In this document: positions 10,340 through 19,904 of the stretch, one piece after another
Layout: the number at the start of each line of letters is the position of its first letter
Numbering within the stretch: position 1 is the first letter of the stretch
Source of the DNA: Gammaproteobacteria bacterium
GTDB taxonomy: Bacteria; Pseudomonadota; Gammaproteobacteria; JABABF01
Direction: 5' to 3'
Assembly (NCBI GenBank): GCA_965237805.1
Contig: OZ250153.1
Coordinates: 192,001 to 256,000, forward strand
DNA: 64,000 nt
Position numbers and translations under genes: made by a program
The notes under the pieces: generated by a model
Seen by the model: the letters and a program-made list of their open reading frames with translations, nothing else
Database searches by the model: none
What the model was told of the DNA's origin: nothing

Positions 10340-12232
10340 CTATTGCACCGACGCCGACAGCAAGATATAGCGGCGGTAGCTGCGGTCTTCGCTGTCGCCG
10401 AACTGGCGGCGCATATTCTGTTGCCAATCGCGCCGTTGTTGCGGCGACAGTAGCTGCTGATCGAGTTGTTGGAGCGAGAGCAGCGCGAGTACCGCTTGGG
10501 AGCCGTCCGGCAGCTGCACTGTGGTCACGCTCTTCGTGCCGGTGGACGGTGCCGGTAGCCGGAAAGCCGCACGCACCACTTCGTTCGGTGTTCCCTCGCT
10601 ACCGTAGCGTAGTAAGTTGGGGCGTGCGTACCATTCGTAGCCACCATTGTGTGCCAGCTCGTCGACAGTCGTTTGGGCATCATGGTTCAGCTGCCGCTCC
10701 AAGTGTTGCGCCTCTTCCCGCAACCACTGTGCACTGAGCTCGGAGCTCAGATCTTCGCGCAGCGCTGGCTCGGCCTCGGCAAAGCTCAGCAGGCGGGACG
10801 GCGTGCGCTCGGCGAGGCGCAACACCACAGTGCGTTCATCATCTTCGTCCACACCGAGTTCTATTGGCTGGCTGTTTTCGCCCTGCTCTAGCACCGCCTC
10901 AGAAAAGGCCGCAGCGCGCAGCTTGGGATAGGCTGCGAGGCCTTCTGCTGTCAAGTCATTTTTGCTGAACGGGCTGCTACGCGACAGCTCGATGGCCATG
11001 GCCTCGGCCACCGAGTCCAAATCCGAGGCGTTGAAGCTGAGCTCGGCGAGGCGCTCCTGCGCTTGGCGGTAGGTGGCCTCGGAATAGATCTGTTGCAAGC
11101 GCTGACGGATTTCCGCTCCGCGTTTGGCATAGTCCGGCACTACTGTCTCGAGGCGATGCAAGAAATGCAGGCCAGCTTCGGAGCGTACTGGAGCCAGTGT
11201 GATCTCACCGGGAGAGAGCGCCACCAACGCATTGTAGAGCGCCGCCGGCAAGTCGCCGGAAGTGACAGTGCCGAGTACACCGCCCTCTTCGGCATTGAGC
11301 AAGTCATCGGAATATTCTGCCGACAACTCGGCAAAATCCTCGCCAGCAGTCAAGCGCTTGCGCAGCTGCGCGACGCGCTCTCCAGCTGCGATGTCTTCGT
11401 CGCTGCCATCGTCCGCGATCAGTATATGAGCCGCTTCGATGCGAGCACTCAACATCGTCAGTTCTTGATCGTAGTAGCTGCGCACCTGCTTCTCATCAAT
11501 ATTCTGGTAAAAGGCAGAGCGCCTGAGTGCGAGCGCTTCGATAGAGATCATCTCTGGTTGCCGGTACTCTTCTCGCTTGGTCTCGAAAGCTTCCTGCAAT
11601 GCCTGTTCATCCAATTTGATGTGCTCTTGTGCCGCTTGGGGTGAGAGCAGCATATAGCGTATGGCACGCCGTTCCGAGGCCACGCCAAGCAAATCCTGCA
11701 ACTCGGTCTCGGTGGTGAACTCCGACAGCTGAGTCACCGCAGACAGCTGCGAGATCAACAGCGAGTCGTGTTGTATTTCGCGGTACCAAGCGGGCGTATA
11801 GCCACCCTGTTGCAGCTGCCATTCGTAACGCTGGGGCGAGAAGCGCCCGGCCTCTTGAAACTGGCTCTGCGCGCGCAGATAGTTGTCGACCCGAGCTTTG
11901 GATAGCGTCAAATCCAGTGAGCGGGCACGTTGTACCAGCGCTTTTCGCGACAGTAGCATGCCCAAGGTCGATTGCCGTAGGGCGGCGACATCAATGGCGG
12001 CAGGATCGACCGCATCGCCTTGGTTCTCCAAGATGCGGCGGCGTTCTTGGTAGGTGTAGCGATCCAATTCGGCCAAGTGCAGTTCTTCGCCATTGATCGT
12101 GGCGATGACGACATTGCCGCCACTGCGACCAAACCAGTTGAAACCGACGAGAGCCAGTGGCAGAGCCAGTAACAGCACGATGATATAGGCACCGACGCCG
12201 CGGACTCTACGGCGCAGTCGTTGTATCAGCAT
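10340..12232 (-). CDS. ppiD: PpiD periplasmic chaperone (SurA-N plus parvulin domain)
   Basis: N-terminal membrane anchor, AAHILI...DFAELSAEYSDD...GGVLG parvulin motif; follows hupB. Confidence 0.9.
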   Translation of the reverse strand: MLIQRLRRRVRGVGAYIIVLLLALPLALVGFNWFGRSGGNVVIATINGEELHLAELDRYTYQERRRILENQGDAVDPAAIDVAALRQSTLGMLLSRKALVQRARSLDLTLSKARVDNYLRAQSQFQEAGRFSPQRYEWQLQQGGYTPAWYREIQHDSLLISQLSAVTQLSEFTTETELQDLLGVASERRAIRYMLLSPQAAQEHIKLDEQALQEAFETKREEYRQPEMISIEALALRRSAFYQNIDEKQVRSYYDQELTMLSARIEAAHILIADDGSDEDIAAGERVAQLRKRLTAGEDFAELSAEYSDDLLNAEEGGVLGTVTSGDLPAALYNALVALSPGEITLAPVRSEAGLHFLHRLETVVPDYAKRGAEIRQRLQQIYSEATYRQAQERLAELSFNASDLDSVAEAMAIELSRSSPFSKNDLTAEGLAAYPKLRAAAFSEAVLEQGENSQPIELGVDEDDERTVVLRLAERTPSRLLSFAEAEPALREDLSSELSAQWLREEAQHLERQLNHDAQTTVDELAHNGGYEWYARPNLLRYGSEGTPNEVVRAAFRLPAPSTGTKSVTTVQLPDGSQAVLALLSLQQLDQQLLSPQQRRDWQQNMRRQFGDSEDRSYRRYILLSASVQ

Positions 12233-12283
12233 AGGTGGGATGGGCTCTGCATAGCGAGCCTAGGCAGTTGTAGGTGGCAAAAG

Positions 12284-12324
12284 GTGGGAACCCCGCTGTA
12301 TCTGGCTTATGAGGATACAGCGGG
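12284..12324 (-). terminator. Probable intrinsic terminator/stem-loop after hupB
   Basis: 11-bp perfect stem CCCGCTGTATC (12292-12302) / GATACAGCGGG (12314-12324), 11-nt loop, only a weak T tail on the minus strand. Confidence 0.55.
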
Positions 12325-12350
12325 ATGGGTGTGGCGTGATCCTTAGCGGA

Positions 12351-12629
12351 TTAGTTGCCAGCGACCACTCTCTTGAGCTCGGTACCAGCTTTGAACGCAG
12401 GCACTTTGCGGGCAGCGATATAGATGGTCGCGCCGGTCTGTGGGTTGCGCCCTTGACGTGCATTGCGTTGCTTGACCGAGAAGGAGCCAAAGCCCGCGAG
12501 CACGACGGAATCGCCTTGGCAGAGTGCTTGGGATATGCATTCTTGGACGCTGCTGAGCACGGCGCTTGCGACGACTTTTGAGACATCGGCTCGAGCTGCG
12601 ATTTGATCGACCAGTTCTCCTTTATTCAT
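12351..12629 (-). CDS. hupB: DNA-binding protein HU
   Basis: MNKGELVDQIA, GFGSF, ARQGRNPQTG, PAFKAG; located between lon and ppiD. Confidence 0.95.
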   Translation of the reverse strand: MNKGELVDQIAARADVSKVVASAVLSSVQECISQALCQGDSVVLAGFGSFSVKQRNARQGRNPQTGATIYIAARKVPAFKAGTELKRVVAGN

Positions 12630-12714
12630 GAGATAGTCCCCCTAATGGACGGTGGTGGTGTTTGCTTGAGTGGAAGCGGATGCCGCTTGTCGACAGCACT
12701 CGCTAATTGCCACT

Positions 12715-12743
12715 ATTTTGGATGATATGTCCCGCTCGGTCAA
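12715..12743 (-). promoter_or_regulatory. Putative sigma70 promoter for hupB
   Basis: TTGACC - 17 nt - CAAAAT on the minus strand in the lon-hupB spacer. Confidence 0.45.
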
Positions 12744-12791
12744 GGGGGGGGAACGATCAGCTTTGGGGTGACTCAGTACACTCCCGACTGC

Positions 12792-15290
12792 TTAGTGGGT
12801 GGGTTCGATCTCTGCGGTCTGCACATTCAGTGGCAAGCGCTGCTCAGCATCCGGCGGCAACAATACGCCATCGTCGTCGGCCTCTTTGCTGGTAAGCAGC
12901 GGGGCACTCAGGGCGGCGCGCCACACTTCGTCGATCTCCGAGACGAAAATAATTTCTAAACCATCTTTGATTTTATCGTCTAACTCATTGATATGTATTT
13001 TGTTTTCTTCCGGAACTATGACTCTTTTCAAGCGGCTGCGACGGGCCGCGAGCAGTTTTTCTCTGAGCCCGCCCACAGCCAGCACCTTGCCCTGCAAAGT
13101 GATTTCACCGGTCATCGCCACATCGCCGCGCACTGCGATGCGGGTCAAGGCAGAGACCAGTGCAGTGCTCACCGCTACCCCAGCACTGGGGCCGTCTTTG
13201 GGGATACCGCCCTCAGTGGCATGAATATGCACATCGTGTTGCTCAAGAAAATCCGGGGCGATACCGATGGCCGCCGCACGGGCGCGTACTGCAGTCAGCG
13301 CCGCCTGCACCGATTCTTGCATCACATCGCCGAGTGAGCCGGTGCGCTGTTGGCGCGCTTTGCCCATCACCACTGCCGCCTCGATAGTCAGCAGGGTACC
13401 GCCCGCGTCGGTCCAAGCCAAACCGCGGACGCGACCGATGTGGCCGCTGTCGGCTTCTTGGTCGCGTGGATAGCGGCGCACGCCGCAGTATTTGTGCAGG
13501 CGCGCCGGTGTGACGATGGTGGTGGTACTCGGCTTGTTCTTGTCCACGACCGCATTTTCCGCCGCCAACACCACCTTGCGGCAGATGCGTGCGATCAAGC
13601 GCTCCAGTTCGCGCACCCCCGCTTCTCTGGTATAGCCCAGCACCAATTCGCGCAGACTGTTGTTGCGCAGCTGCATTTCGCTCGGTAACAGGCCGCTGTC
13701 GAGCACTTGGCGCGGCACCAGATAGCGCCGGGCAATTTCCATTTTTTCGTCTTCGGTATAGCCGGGTAGGCGAATCATATCCATGCGATCCATCAGCGCT
13801 GGCGAAATGGCCGAACTGTTGGCGGTGCACAGGAACATCACTTCGGAGAGATCGTAATCCAATTCTAGGTAGTGGTCGGCGAAGGCTTTGTTTTGCTCCG
13901 GGTCGAGCACCTCGAGTAGAGCCGCAGCGGGATCGCCGCGGTAGTCCATCCCCATCTTGTCCACTTCGTCGAGCAGGAACAGCGGGTTGCGCACACCGGC
14001 CGAGGCCATTTTCTGCATGATCTTGCCCGGCAGAGAGCCAATATAGGTGCGGCGGTGACCGCGGATCTCCGCTTCGTCGCGCACTCCCCCCAGCGACATG
14101 CGGACATAGGCACGCCCAGTCGCACGGGCGATAGAGCGGCCGAGTGAGGTTTTGCCAACCCCGGGTGGCCCGACCAGACATAGGATCGGACTGCGGGAAT
14201 GGCGGCGCGAGCGCTTGTGCACAGCCAGATATTCCAGCACCCGCTCTTTGACCTCCGTGAGGCCGTAATGGTCCTCGTCGAGCACGCGTTTGGCTTGGGG
14301 TAGATCCAAGCTGAGGCGGCGGCGCTTCTTCCACGGCACGCTGGCAATCCAGTCCAAATGACTGCGCAACATCGAGGCTTCGGTGGACATCGGCGACATC
14401 ATCTTGAACTTGTCCAGCTCGGACAAAACTTTTTTCAACGCCGCCGCCCGCAGACCACTTTTGCGCAGGCGCTGCTCGAGCTGTTGGGCTTCACTCGCCG
14501 CATTGCCGTCTTCATCCAGCTCTTTTTGGATCGCCTTCATCTGCTCGTTGAGGTAGTACTCGCGTTGCGAGCGCTCCACCTGTTTCTTGACCCGTTTGCG
14601 CAGTCGCTTGCCGATATGCACCAGCGATCTCTCGGCTTCTATGCATTCAATCAGATAGGAAATACGATCAGATATATTATATTTTTCAAGTAGTTGTTGG
14701 CGAACTTCCAAGCGAAGCGGCGTGTGCACTGCGATCATGTCGGCCAGTCGCCCGGCATCTTCTTCCGCCTGCATGGTCGCCATCAGCTCGCCAGCGACTT
14801 TGCCGCTGGCCTCGGCGTATTGCTCGAAGCTGTGGCGCAGTTTTTTGGCCAGACCAGAGCGCACCATCAGGCTGCGCGGATCGCTGTCCTCGTCCTCGTT
14901 CAGAGGGACTGCAAAACAGCGGTAGTAGTCATCCAGCTCGATTTGCTCCAAGCGCACACGCTGCTGTCCTTCAACCAGCAATTTGACCACTTGGTTGGAG
15001 ATGTTCTGCGACTGTAGCACCACCGCTTCGACGCCGATGCTGAAGATGTCCTTGGGCTCTGGTTCCTCGCTATCGGCTCGTTTTTGTGCCGCCAATACCA
15101 ATAGGCTGCCATCGCGCACGGCCTCCAAGGCGGCCAAGGATTTGTCGCGGCCAACGAATAGTGAACTCACCGCATGTGGAAAGACCACTGTGTCACGCAA
15201 GGGCAACAGAGGGCACCAAGTGCCCTCCGCCGAGCTGCCGCTACCACTGTCCTTGTCGCTACCAGTTGCCTTGGTGGCTGCGATAGCCAT
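12792..15290 (-). CDS. lon: Lon protease
   Basis: PLLPLRD, Walker A GPPGVGKTS, LLDEVDK, catalytic PKDGPSAG and GGLREK. Confidence 0.97.
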   Translation of the reverse strand: MAIAATKATGSDKDSGSGSSAEGTWCPLLPLRDTVVFPHAVSSLFVGRDKSLAALEAVRDGSLLVLAAQKRADSEEPEPKDIFSIGVEAVVLQSQNISNQVVKLLVEGQQRVRLEQIELDDYYRCFAVPLNEDEDSDPRSLMVRSGLAKKLRHSFEQYAEASGKVAGELMATMQAEEDAGRLADMIAVHTPLRLEVRQQLLEKYNISDRISYLIECIEAERSLVHIGKRLRKRVKKQVERSQREYYLNEQMKAIQKELDEDGNAASEAQQLEQRLRKSGLRAAALKKVLSELDKFKMMSPMSTEASMLRSHLDWIASVPWKKRRRLSLDLPQAKRVLDEDHYGLTEVKERVLEYLAVHKRSRRHSRSPILCLVGPPGVGKTSLGRSIARATGRAYVRMSLGGVRDEAEIRGHRRTYIGSLPGKIMQKMASAGVRNPLFLLDEVDKMGMDYRGDPAAALLEVLDPEQNKAFADHYLELDYDLSEVMFLCTANSSAISPALMDRMDMIRLPGYTEDEKMEIARRYLVPRQVLDSGLLPSEMQLRNNSLRELVLGYTREAGVRELERLIARICRKVVLAAENAVVDKNKPSTTTIVTPARLHKYCGVRRYPRDQEADSGHIGRVRGLAWTDAGGTLLTIEAAVVMGKARQQRTGSLGDVMQESVQAALTAVRARAAAIGIAPDFLEQHDVHIHATEGGIPKDGPSAGVAVSTALVSALTRIAVRGDVAMTGEITLQGKVLAVGGLREKLLAARRSRLKRVIVPEENKIHINELDDKIKDGLEIIFVSEIDEVWRAALSAPLLTSKEADDDGVLLPPDAEQRLPLNVQTAEIEPTH

Positions 15291-16645
15291 TAGCCCGTCG
15301 CCTCGCTATTGCCCTTTGCCGAGCTGCTCTCATAGACATAGAGCGGGTCATTTTCGCCCCGCACCACCTGCTCATCGATGACGATACGGCTGACATTGGG
15401 AAGATCCGGCAATTCGTACATCGTGTCCAATAGCAACGCTTCCATGATCGAGCGCAGGCTGCGCGCCCCGGTGCCATGTTTGCGGGCGCGCGCAGCGATG
15501 TGCTGCAGGCCGCTCTCGCGGATGTCCAGTTCGACACCTTCCATTGCGAACAGGCGTTTGTACTGCCGAACCAAAGCGTTGCGCGGCTCGGTCAGGATGC
15601 GCATCAGCGCGTCCTCGTCGAGGTCGTGTAATATGACATTGACCGATAGGCGGCCGACGAATTCTGGAATCAGTCCGTAGCGGATCAGATCCTCGGCTTC
15701 GAGTTTGCCCAGCAGGCGCTCAGTGTCGGCACTCTCACCAGCGTTGGCTGCGATGCGTGCGTTGAAACCAATGCCGCTGCGCTCGATGCGGTGGCGGATG
15801 ATATTTTCCAAGCCGGAAAATGCGCCGCTACAAATAAACAGAATATCCGAAGTGTCCACTTGTAGGAATTCCTGTTGCGGATGCTTGCGCCCACCCTGTG
15901 GCGGCACCGAGGCGACTGTGCCCTCAATCAGTTTTAGCAGTGCCTGTTGTACTCCTTCGCCCGACACGTCACGGGTGATAGAGGGGTTGTCAGATTTGCG
16001 CGAAATCTTGTCGATCTCATCGATGTAGACAATCCCTTTTTGTGCCTGCTCCACATCGTAATCGCAACGTTGCAATAGGCGTTGGATAATATTTTCTACA
16101 TCCTCACCGACATAGCCTGCTTCAGTTAGCGTGGTGGCATCGGCAATGGTGAACGGCACATCGAGCATTTGTGCCAAAGTACGTGCCAGCAAAGTTTTAC
16201 CACTGCCAGTCGGGCCGATCAGCAAGACATTGCTCTTGTCGATATGTGGCGTGTGGGAATCCGCTTTGCTGCGCTCTCGCTCAGTGTCGGCGTTGCCATT
16301 GCCGCGCACGATGCCGCTATCAGTACGATTGCCGTCGCTTTCGGCGTTTTGGCGCAGTCGTTTGTAGTGGTTGTAGACAGCCACCGACAACACGCGCTTG
16401 GCTTTTCGTTGGCGCACCACATGGGCATCCAGTGTGCGGCAGATCTCGCGCGGTGTTGGGAGAGAAAAGGAGCTATCGCCACTATCGTTGTCGGGGGTTT
16501 CTTCGCAGATGATATCGTTGCAAAGTTCGACACATTCATCGCAGATAAACACCGAGGGACCAGCGATTAGACGTCGCACATCATGCTGGTTCTTGCCGCA
16601 AAAAGAACAGCGTAAAGATTTATCGTCTGATCCTTGTTTCTGCAT
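15290..16645 (-). CDS. clpX: ClpX ATPase
   Basis: CSFC...CDEC zinc finger, [23 protein letters not shown] loop. ATG 16645 follows GGAGG. Confidence 0.97.
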   Translation of the reverse strand: MQKQGSDDKSLRCSFCGKNQHDVRRLIAGPSVFICDECVELCNDIICEETPDNDSGDSSFSLPTPREICRTLDAHVVRQRKAKRVLSVAVYNHYKRLRQNAESDGNRTDSGIVRGNGNADTERERSKADSHTPHIDKSNVLLIGPTGSGKTLLARTLAQMLDVPFTIADATTLTEAGYVGEDVENIIQRLLQRCDYDVEQAQKGIVYIDEIDKISRKSDNPSITRDVSGEGVQQALLKLIEGTVASVPPQGGRKHPQQEFLQVDTSDILFICSGAFSGLENIIRHRIERSGIGFNARIAANAGESADTERLLGKLEAEDLIRYGLIPEFVGRLSVNVILHDLDEDALMRILTEPRNALVRQYKRLFAMEGVELDIRESGLQHIAARARKHGTGARSLRSIMEALLLDTMYELPDLPNVSRIVIDEQVVRGENDPLYVYESSSAKGNSEATG

Positions 16646-16716
16646 GTCCCCCCCCTCCATTCCAGCTGCTGTGTGAGTCGTTCCTATTCTATACGATTTA
16701 GCCGTGCTGTGGGGCT

Positions 16717-17385
16717 TTAGTCTTTGGGTGGCGTGGCTGCGTCGTCGTCAATGTGGAGCATGCTGCTCTCGTCGCGCTGCTCCAAGATAGCGTCGATAAT
16801 GCCGTAGTCTTTGGCATCTTCTGCCGACATGAAATGGTCACGCTCGGTGTCGGCCGCAATTTTGTCAATTTCTTGGCCGGTATGGCGCGCCAACAAGGCG
16901 TTCAATCGACCGCGCATGGCGAGGATTTCACGGGCTTGAATATCAATGTCTGAAGCCTGTCCGGTAGTGCTACCACTGGGCTGGTGGATCATGATGCGCG
17001 CATTGGGCAGGCAATAGCGTTTTCCCTCAGCACCGCTGGCTAGTAGAAAGGCTCCCATACTGGCTGCTTGGCCGATGCAGGTGGTGCTGACATCGGGTTT
17101 GATAAAGCGCATCGTGTCGTAGATCGACAAACCGGCGCTGATCATGCCACCAGGTGAATTGATATAGAGATGGACATCGCTTTTGGGCCCCTCAGACTCC
17201 AAGAACAACAGCTGCGCGACGATCAAGTTCGCCATGTGGTCGTCGATCGGCCCGACCACGAAGACCAAACGCTCGCGCAATAGGCGCGAATAGATGTCGT
17301 AGGCGCGCTCGCCGCGTGCGGTTTGTTCGACGACCATCGGCACCAAGCCGAGTGCGCGTGGCGACACACCGCTCGAGCCGCTCAT
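16717..17385 (-). CDS. clpP: ClpP protease
   Basis: [31 protein letters not shown]. Start at 17385 overlaps the tig stop. Confidence 0.97.
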   Translation of the reverse strand: MSGSSGVSPRALGLVPMVVEQTARGERAYDIYSRLLRERLVFVVGPIDDHMANLIVAQLLFLESEGPKSDVHLYINSPGGMISAGLSIYDTMRFIKPDVSTTCIGQAASMGAFLLASGAEGKRYCLPNARIMIHQPSGSTTGQASDIDIQAREILAMRGRLNALLARHTGQEIDKIAADTERDHFMSAEDAKDYGIIDAILEQRDESSMLHIDDDAATPPKD

Positions 17386-18749
17386 GCCGCCTGCTCCTGT
17401 GCACCGCCCAACAACTCTGCCAAGCTCATTGAGCATTCTGTAATCGCCGCTTCAGCGAGCAGATGTTCCACCACTTTACCCTCCAAGATCGATTGTTCCA
17501 CGCTGCGTAATGCCCTCGGATTGTCACGGTACCAGCGCAACAGCTGTTCGTGTTGTGCTGGCGGCTGTCGTGCCAGTTCCGCTTTGAGGGCGGCCCGCAC
17601 TTCAGTGTCATCGACCGCTAAGCCGAGCTGCTCGATCAGGGTGCCCAGCACCAAGCCCAGCCGCACTCGCCGCTGCGCAGTCGCCTGGAACAGACTGTCT
17701 GGCAATTGCTCACTGTCGACTTCGGGGCGGGCACCACGCCGTATCAGATCAGCTCGCATTATATCAATTTCGCCGCGCAACAGCTGCTCTGGCAGCTGCT
17801 CTGGGGTCTGGGCGCGCTCCAGCAAGGCATCGAAAAGTTGCTGCCGCTGCCGCTGCCGTGTAGCGTTCTCGGCGGCGGCTTCCAAGTTGCGTCGCAGCTC
17901 GACGCGCAACGCCGCCTCGCCGCCTTTGGCGATGCCGAGGGTGGCGCAGAAGCTGGCGTCCAGTTCGGGTAGCTGCGGGACGAGGCTCTTGTGCAGATGG
18001 TAGTGGCCCCGCAGCTCGGCACCGCGCAGCTCGAGCTCCGGGTGGTCGTCGGCCAGCCGCAGGGAGAATTCTCCGGTCGCGCCCGGCTTGCTGTCGGCCA
18101 GTGCAGCCCACAGCTCTGTCGGCAGGCTCTGCGCCGCTTGGGCAGAATCTCCAAATGGCAGCTCCAGCCCCTCGCGGACGAGGAGCTGCTCTCCCGACTG
18201 CCGCTCCAAGCGGTAGTCAAGCCGCACCCAATCGCCATCCTGTGGCGGGCGTGACACCTCGATATATTTGGCATGCCGTTGGCGCAAGGATTGTAGCTGG
18301 AGCTCGATATCGCTTTCCTCTATCGTCGCCATACAGCGCTCTACCGCGAGGCCGGTGGTATCCGGTGCCGTCAGCTGTGGCCACAACTCGTACTCGGCGA
18401 CGAATTCCAACTCCTCCCCGAGTGTGGCGAGGGCTGGCGGTGTCAATGTCGGCGCTGCCACCAGCTGGCCGGGGTCGATGCGGCTCAGCACGGAGCTCAG
18501 CGCGGCCCGCCCTACCGTTTCCAACACTTCGCCTCGCAGGGTGTCACCGAAGTGTTGGCGCGCCAGCTGCACAGGCACCCGACCGGGGCGAAAACCCGGT
18601 AGCCGCAGTCGCGCTGCACGCTGGCGCAACAGCTGTGCTTCGCGCTGCGACAGCTCGGTGGCCAGCACATAGAATTTCAACAAGCGGCCTCGTTCCGACA
18701 GCTTCTCTACGCTGTATCGTAGGTCGCCCCACGGATCGCTTTTAGTCAT
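17382..18749 (-). CDS. tig: Trigger factor (divergent)
   Basis: GFRPGRVP ribosome-binding motif, [11 protein letters not shown], position directly upstream of clpP. Start uncertain (18749-18788). Confidence 0.88.
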   Translation of the reverse strand: MTKSDPWGDLRYSVEKLSERGRLLKFYVLATELSQREAQLLRQRAARLRLPGFRPGRVPVQLARQHFGDTLRGEVLETVGRAALSSVLSRIDPGQLVAAPTLTPPALATLGEELEFVAEYELWPQLTAPDTTGLAVERCMATIEESDIELQLQSLRQRHAKYIEVSRPPQDGDWVRLDYRLERQSGEQLLVREGLELPFGDSAQAAQSLPTELWAALADSKPGATGEFSLRLADDHPELELRGAELRGHYHLHKSLVPQLPELDASFCATLGIAKGGEAALRVELRRNLEAAAENATRQRQRQQLFDALLERAQTPEQLPEQLLRGEIDIMRADLIRRGARPEVDSEQLPDSLFQATAQRRVRLGLVLGTLIEQLGLAVDDTEVRAALKAELARQPPAQHEQLLRWYRDNPRALRSVEQSILEGKVVEHLLAEAAITECSMSLAELLGGAQEQAA

Positions 18750-18868
18750 GGTCTGGCTCAAGACGAGGATTGCCCGCACAGTGGGCAAGTCGCTAAGAAA
18801 TGCGTATAATATCGCAAACTATGACCGCTCTATTGTAGCGGCAGGAATTTGCCACTGGCTTGGTGAAG

Positions 18869-19903
18869 ATGGAAGCAGGAATTGCGCTATCAACTGCGCG
18901 GCAAATTGCCCGACAGGGGCTGGTAGCGGCCACAGATCGTTGGCAGAGTGCCGCGCAATCAGCCCACAGCATGGATGCGGAGACTTCTTTGGAGCTGCTA
19001 CGAGCAGCCATCATCGTGGCGGCGATGCTCAGTTTGAGTTGGCTGGTGGCGCGTTGGACTTGGTTGCTGGTGCCGATGCCAGCGCCGGTAGCGCTATCTT
19101 TCGACGCTGTCGATATGCGTTCCGAGCTATTTGTCAATGCCCCGGAGTACACGGCGGACATCCAGCGTTTGCGCACGCAATCGCTGTTTGGTCAGAGCTC
19201 GGTGCGAGCGCCTGTAGCCAACCCCCCAGCTGCCGTGTCAGCGGCAAAAAAAATGCTTGGGTTGCAGCTGGTGGGTCTGGTCTATTCCAGCAATCCAAAT
19301 AAAGCCGTAGCGGTCATCAAAACGAGCAAAAAACCGCAACAAAAGAATTACTACATCGGCGATGAACTGCCTGGTTCCAGTGTTGACATACCGATCACGC
19401 TGGTGGCGGTGGAGCTGTTGCAAGTGCGCATCCTACACGGGGAAGAAGAAGAGGTGCTCAAACTGCATGACAGCAAAAAAACCGATTCCAAAAATATTGG
19501 CGATGCCGATGCCGAGCAAGAGACAGCGAAAACACCGCTTAAAGCTCAGGTGCTGGATCTCCGTGAGAAGCGCCGATCCGTTGAGATCGCTAGCCGCTAT
19601 GCGCATGCGCTACAGGAGAATCCGGCATCGCTCAAACATGTGATCCACCTCACGCCAGCACGGCTCGGCAGCAACACTGGTGAGTTGATCGGCTTTCGCG
19701 TCAGGCCGAAACAAAATGCGCGGGATTTTTACCAGCTCGGCTTGCGCGCCAACGATGTGATCACCGCAGTCAATGGTGTTGATCTGACCAGCTATGCTGC
19801 CCTCCAAGGTGCCCAGAGCGAGCTGCAAGGCTCCGACCAAGTGTCGGTGTACTTGCTGCGCAAAGAAAAACCATATAAAATTATTTTGGGGCTCAAACAA
19901 TAA
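18869..19903 (+). CDS. gspC: Type II secretion protein C with PDZ domain
   Basis: TM segment, LQLVGLVYS HR domain, GLRANDVITAVNGVDL PDZ motif; first gene of the operon. Confidence 0.85.
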   Translation: MEAGIALSTARQIARQGLVAATDRWQSAAQSAHSMDAETSLELLRAAIIVAAMLSLSWLVARWTWLLVPMPAPVALSFDAVDMRSELFVNAPEYTADIQRLRTQSLFGQSSVRAPVANPPAAVSAAKKMLGLQLVGLVYSSNPNKAVAVIKTSKKPQQKNYYIGDELPGSSVDIPITLVAVELLQVRILHGEEEEVLKLHDSKKTDSKNIGDADAEQETAKTPLKAQVLDLREKRRSVEIASRYAHALQENPASLKHVIHLTPARLGSNTGELIGFRVRPKQNARDFYQLGLRANDVITAVNGVDLTSYAALQGAQSELQGSDQVSVYLLRKEKPYKIILGLKQ

Positions 19904-19904
19904 A

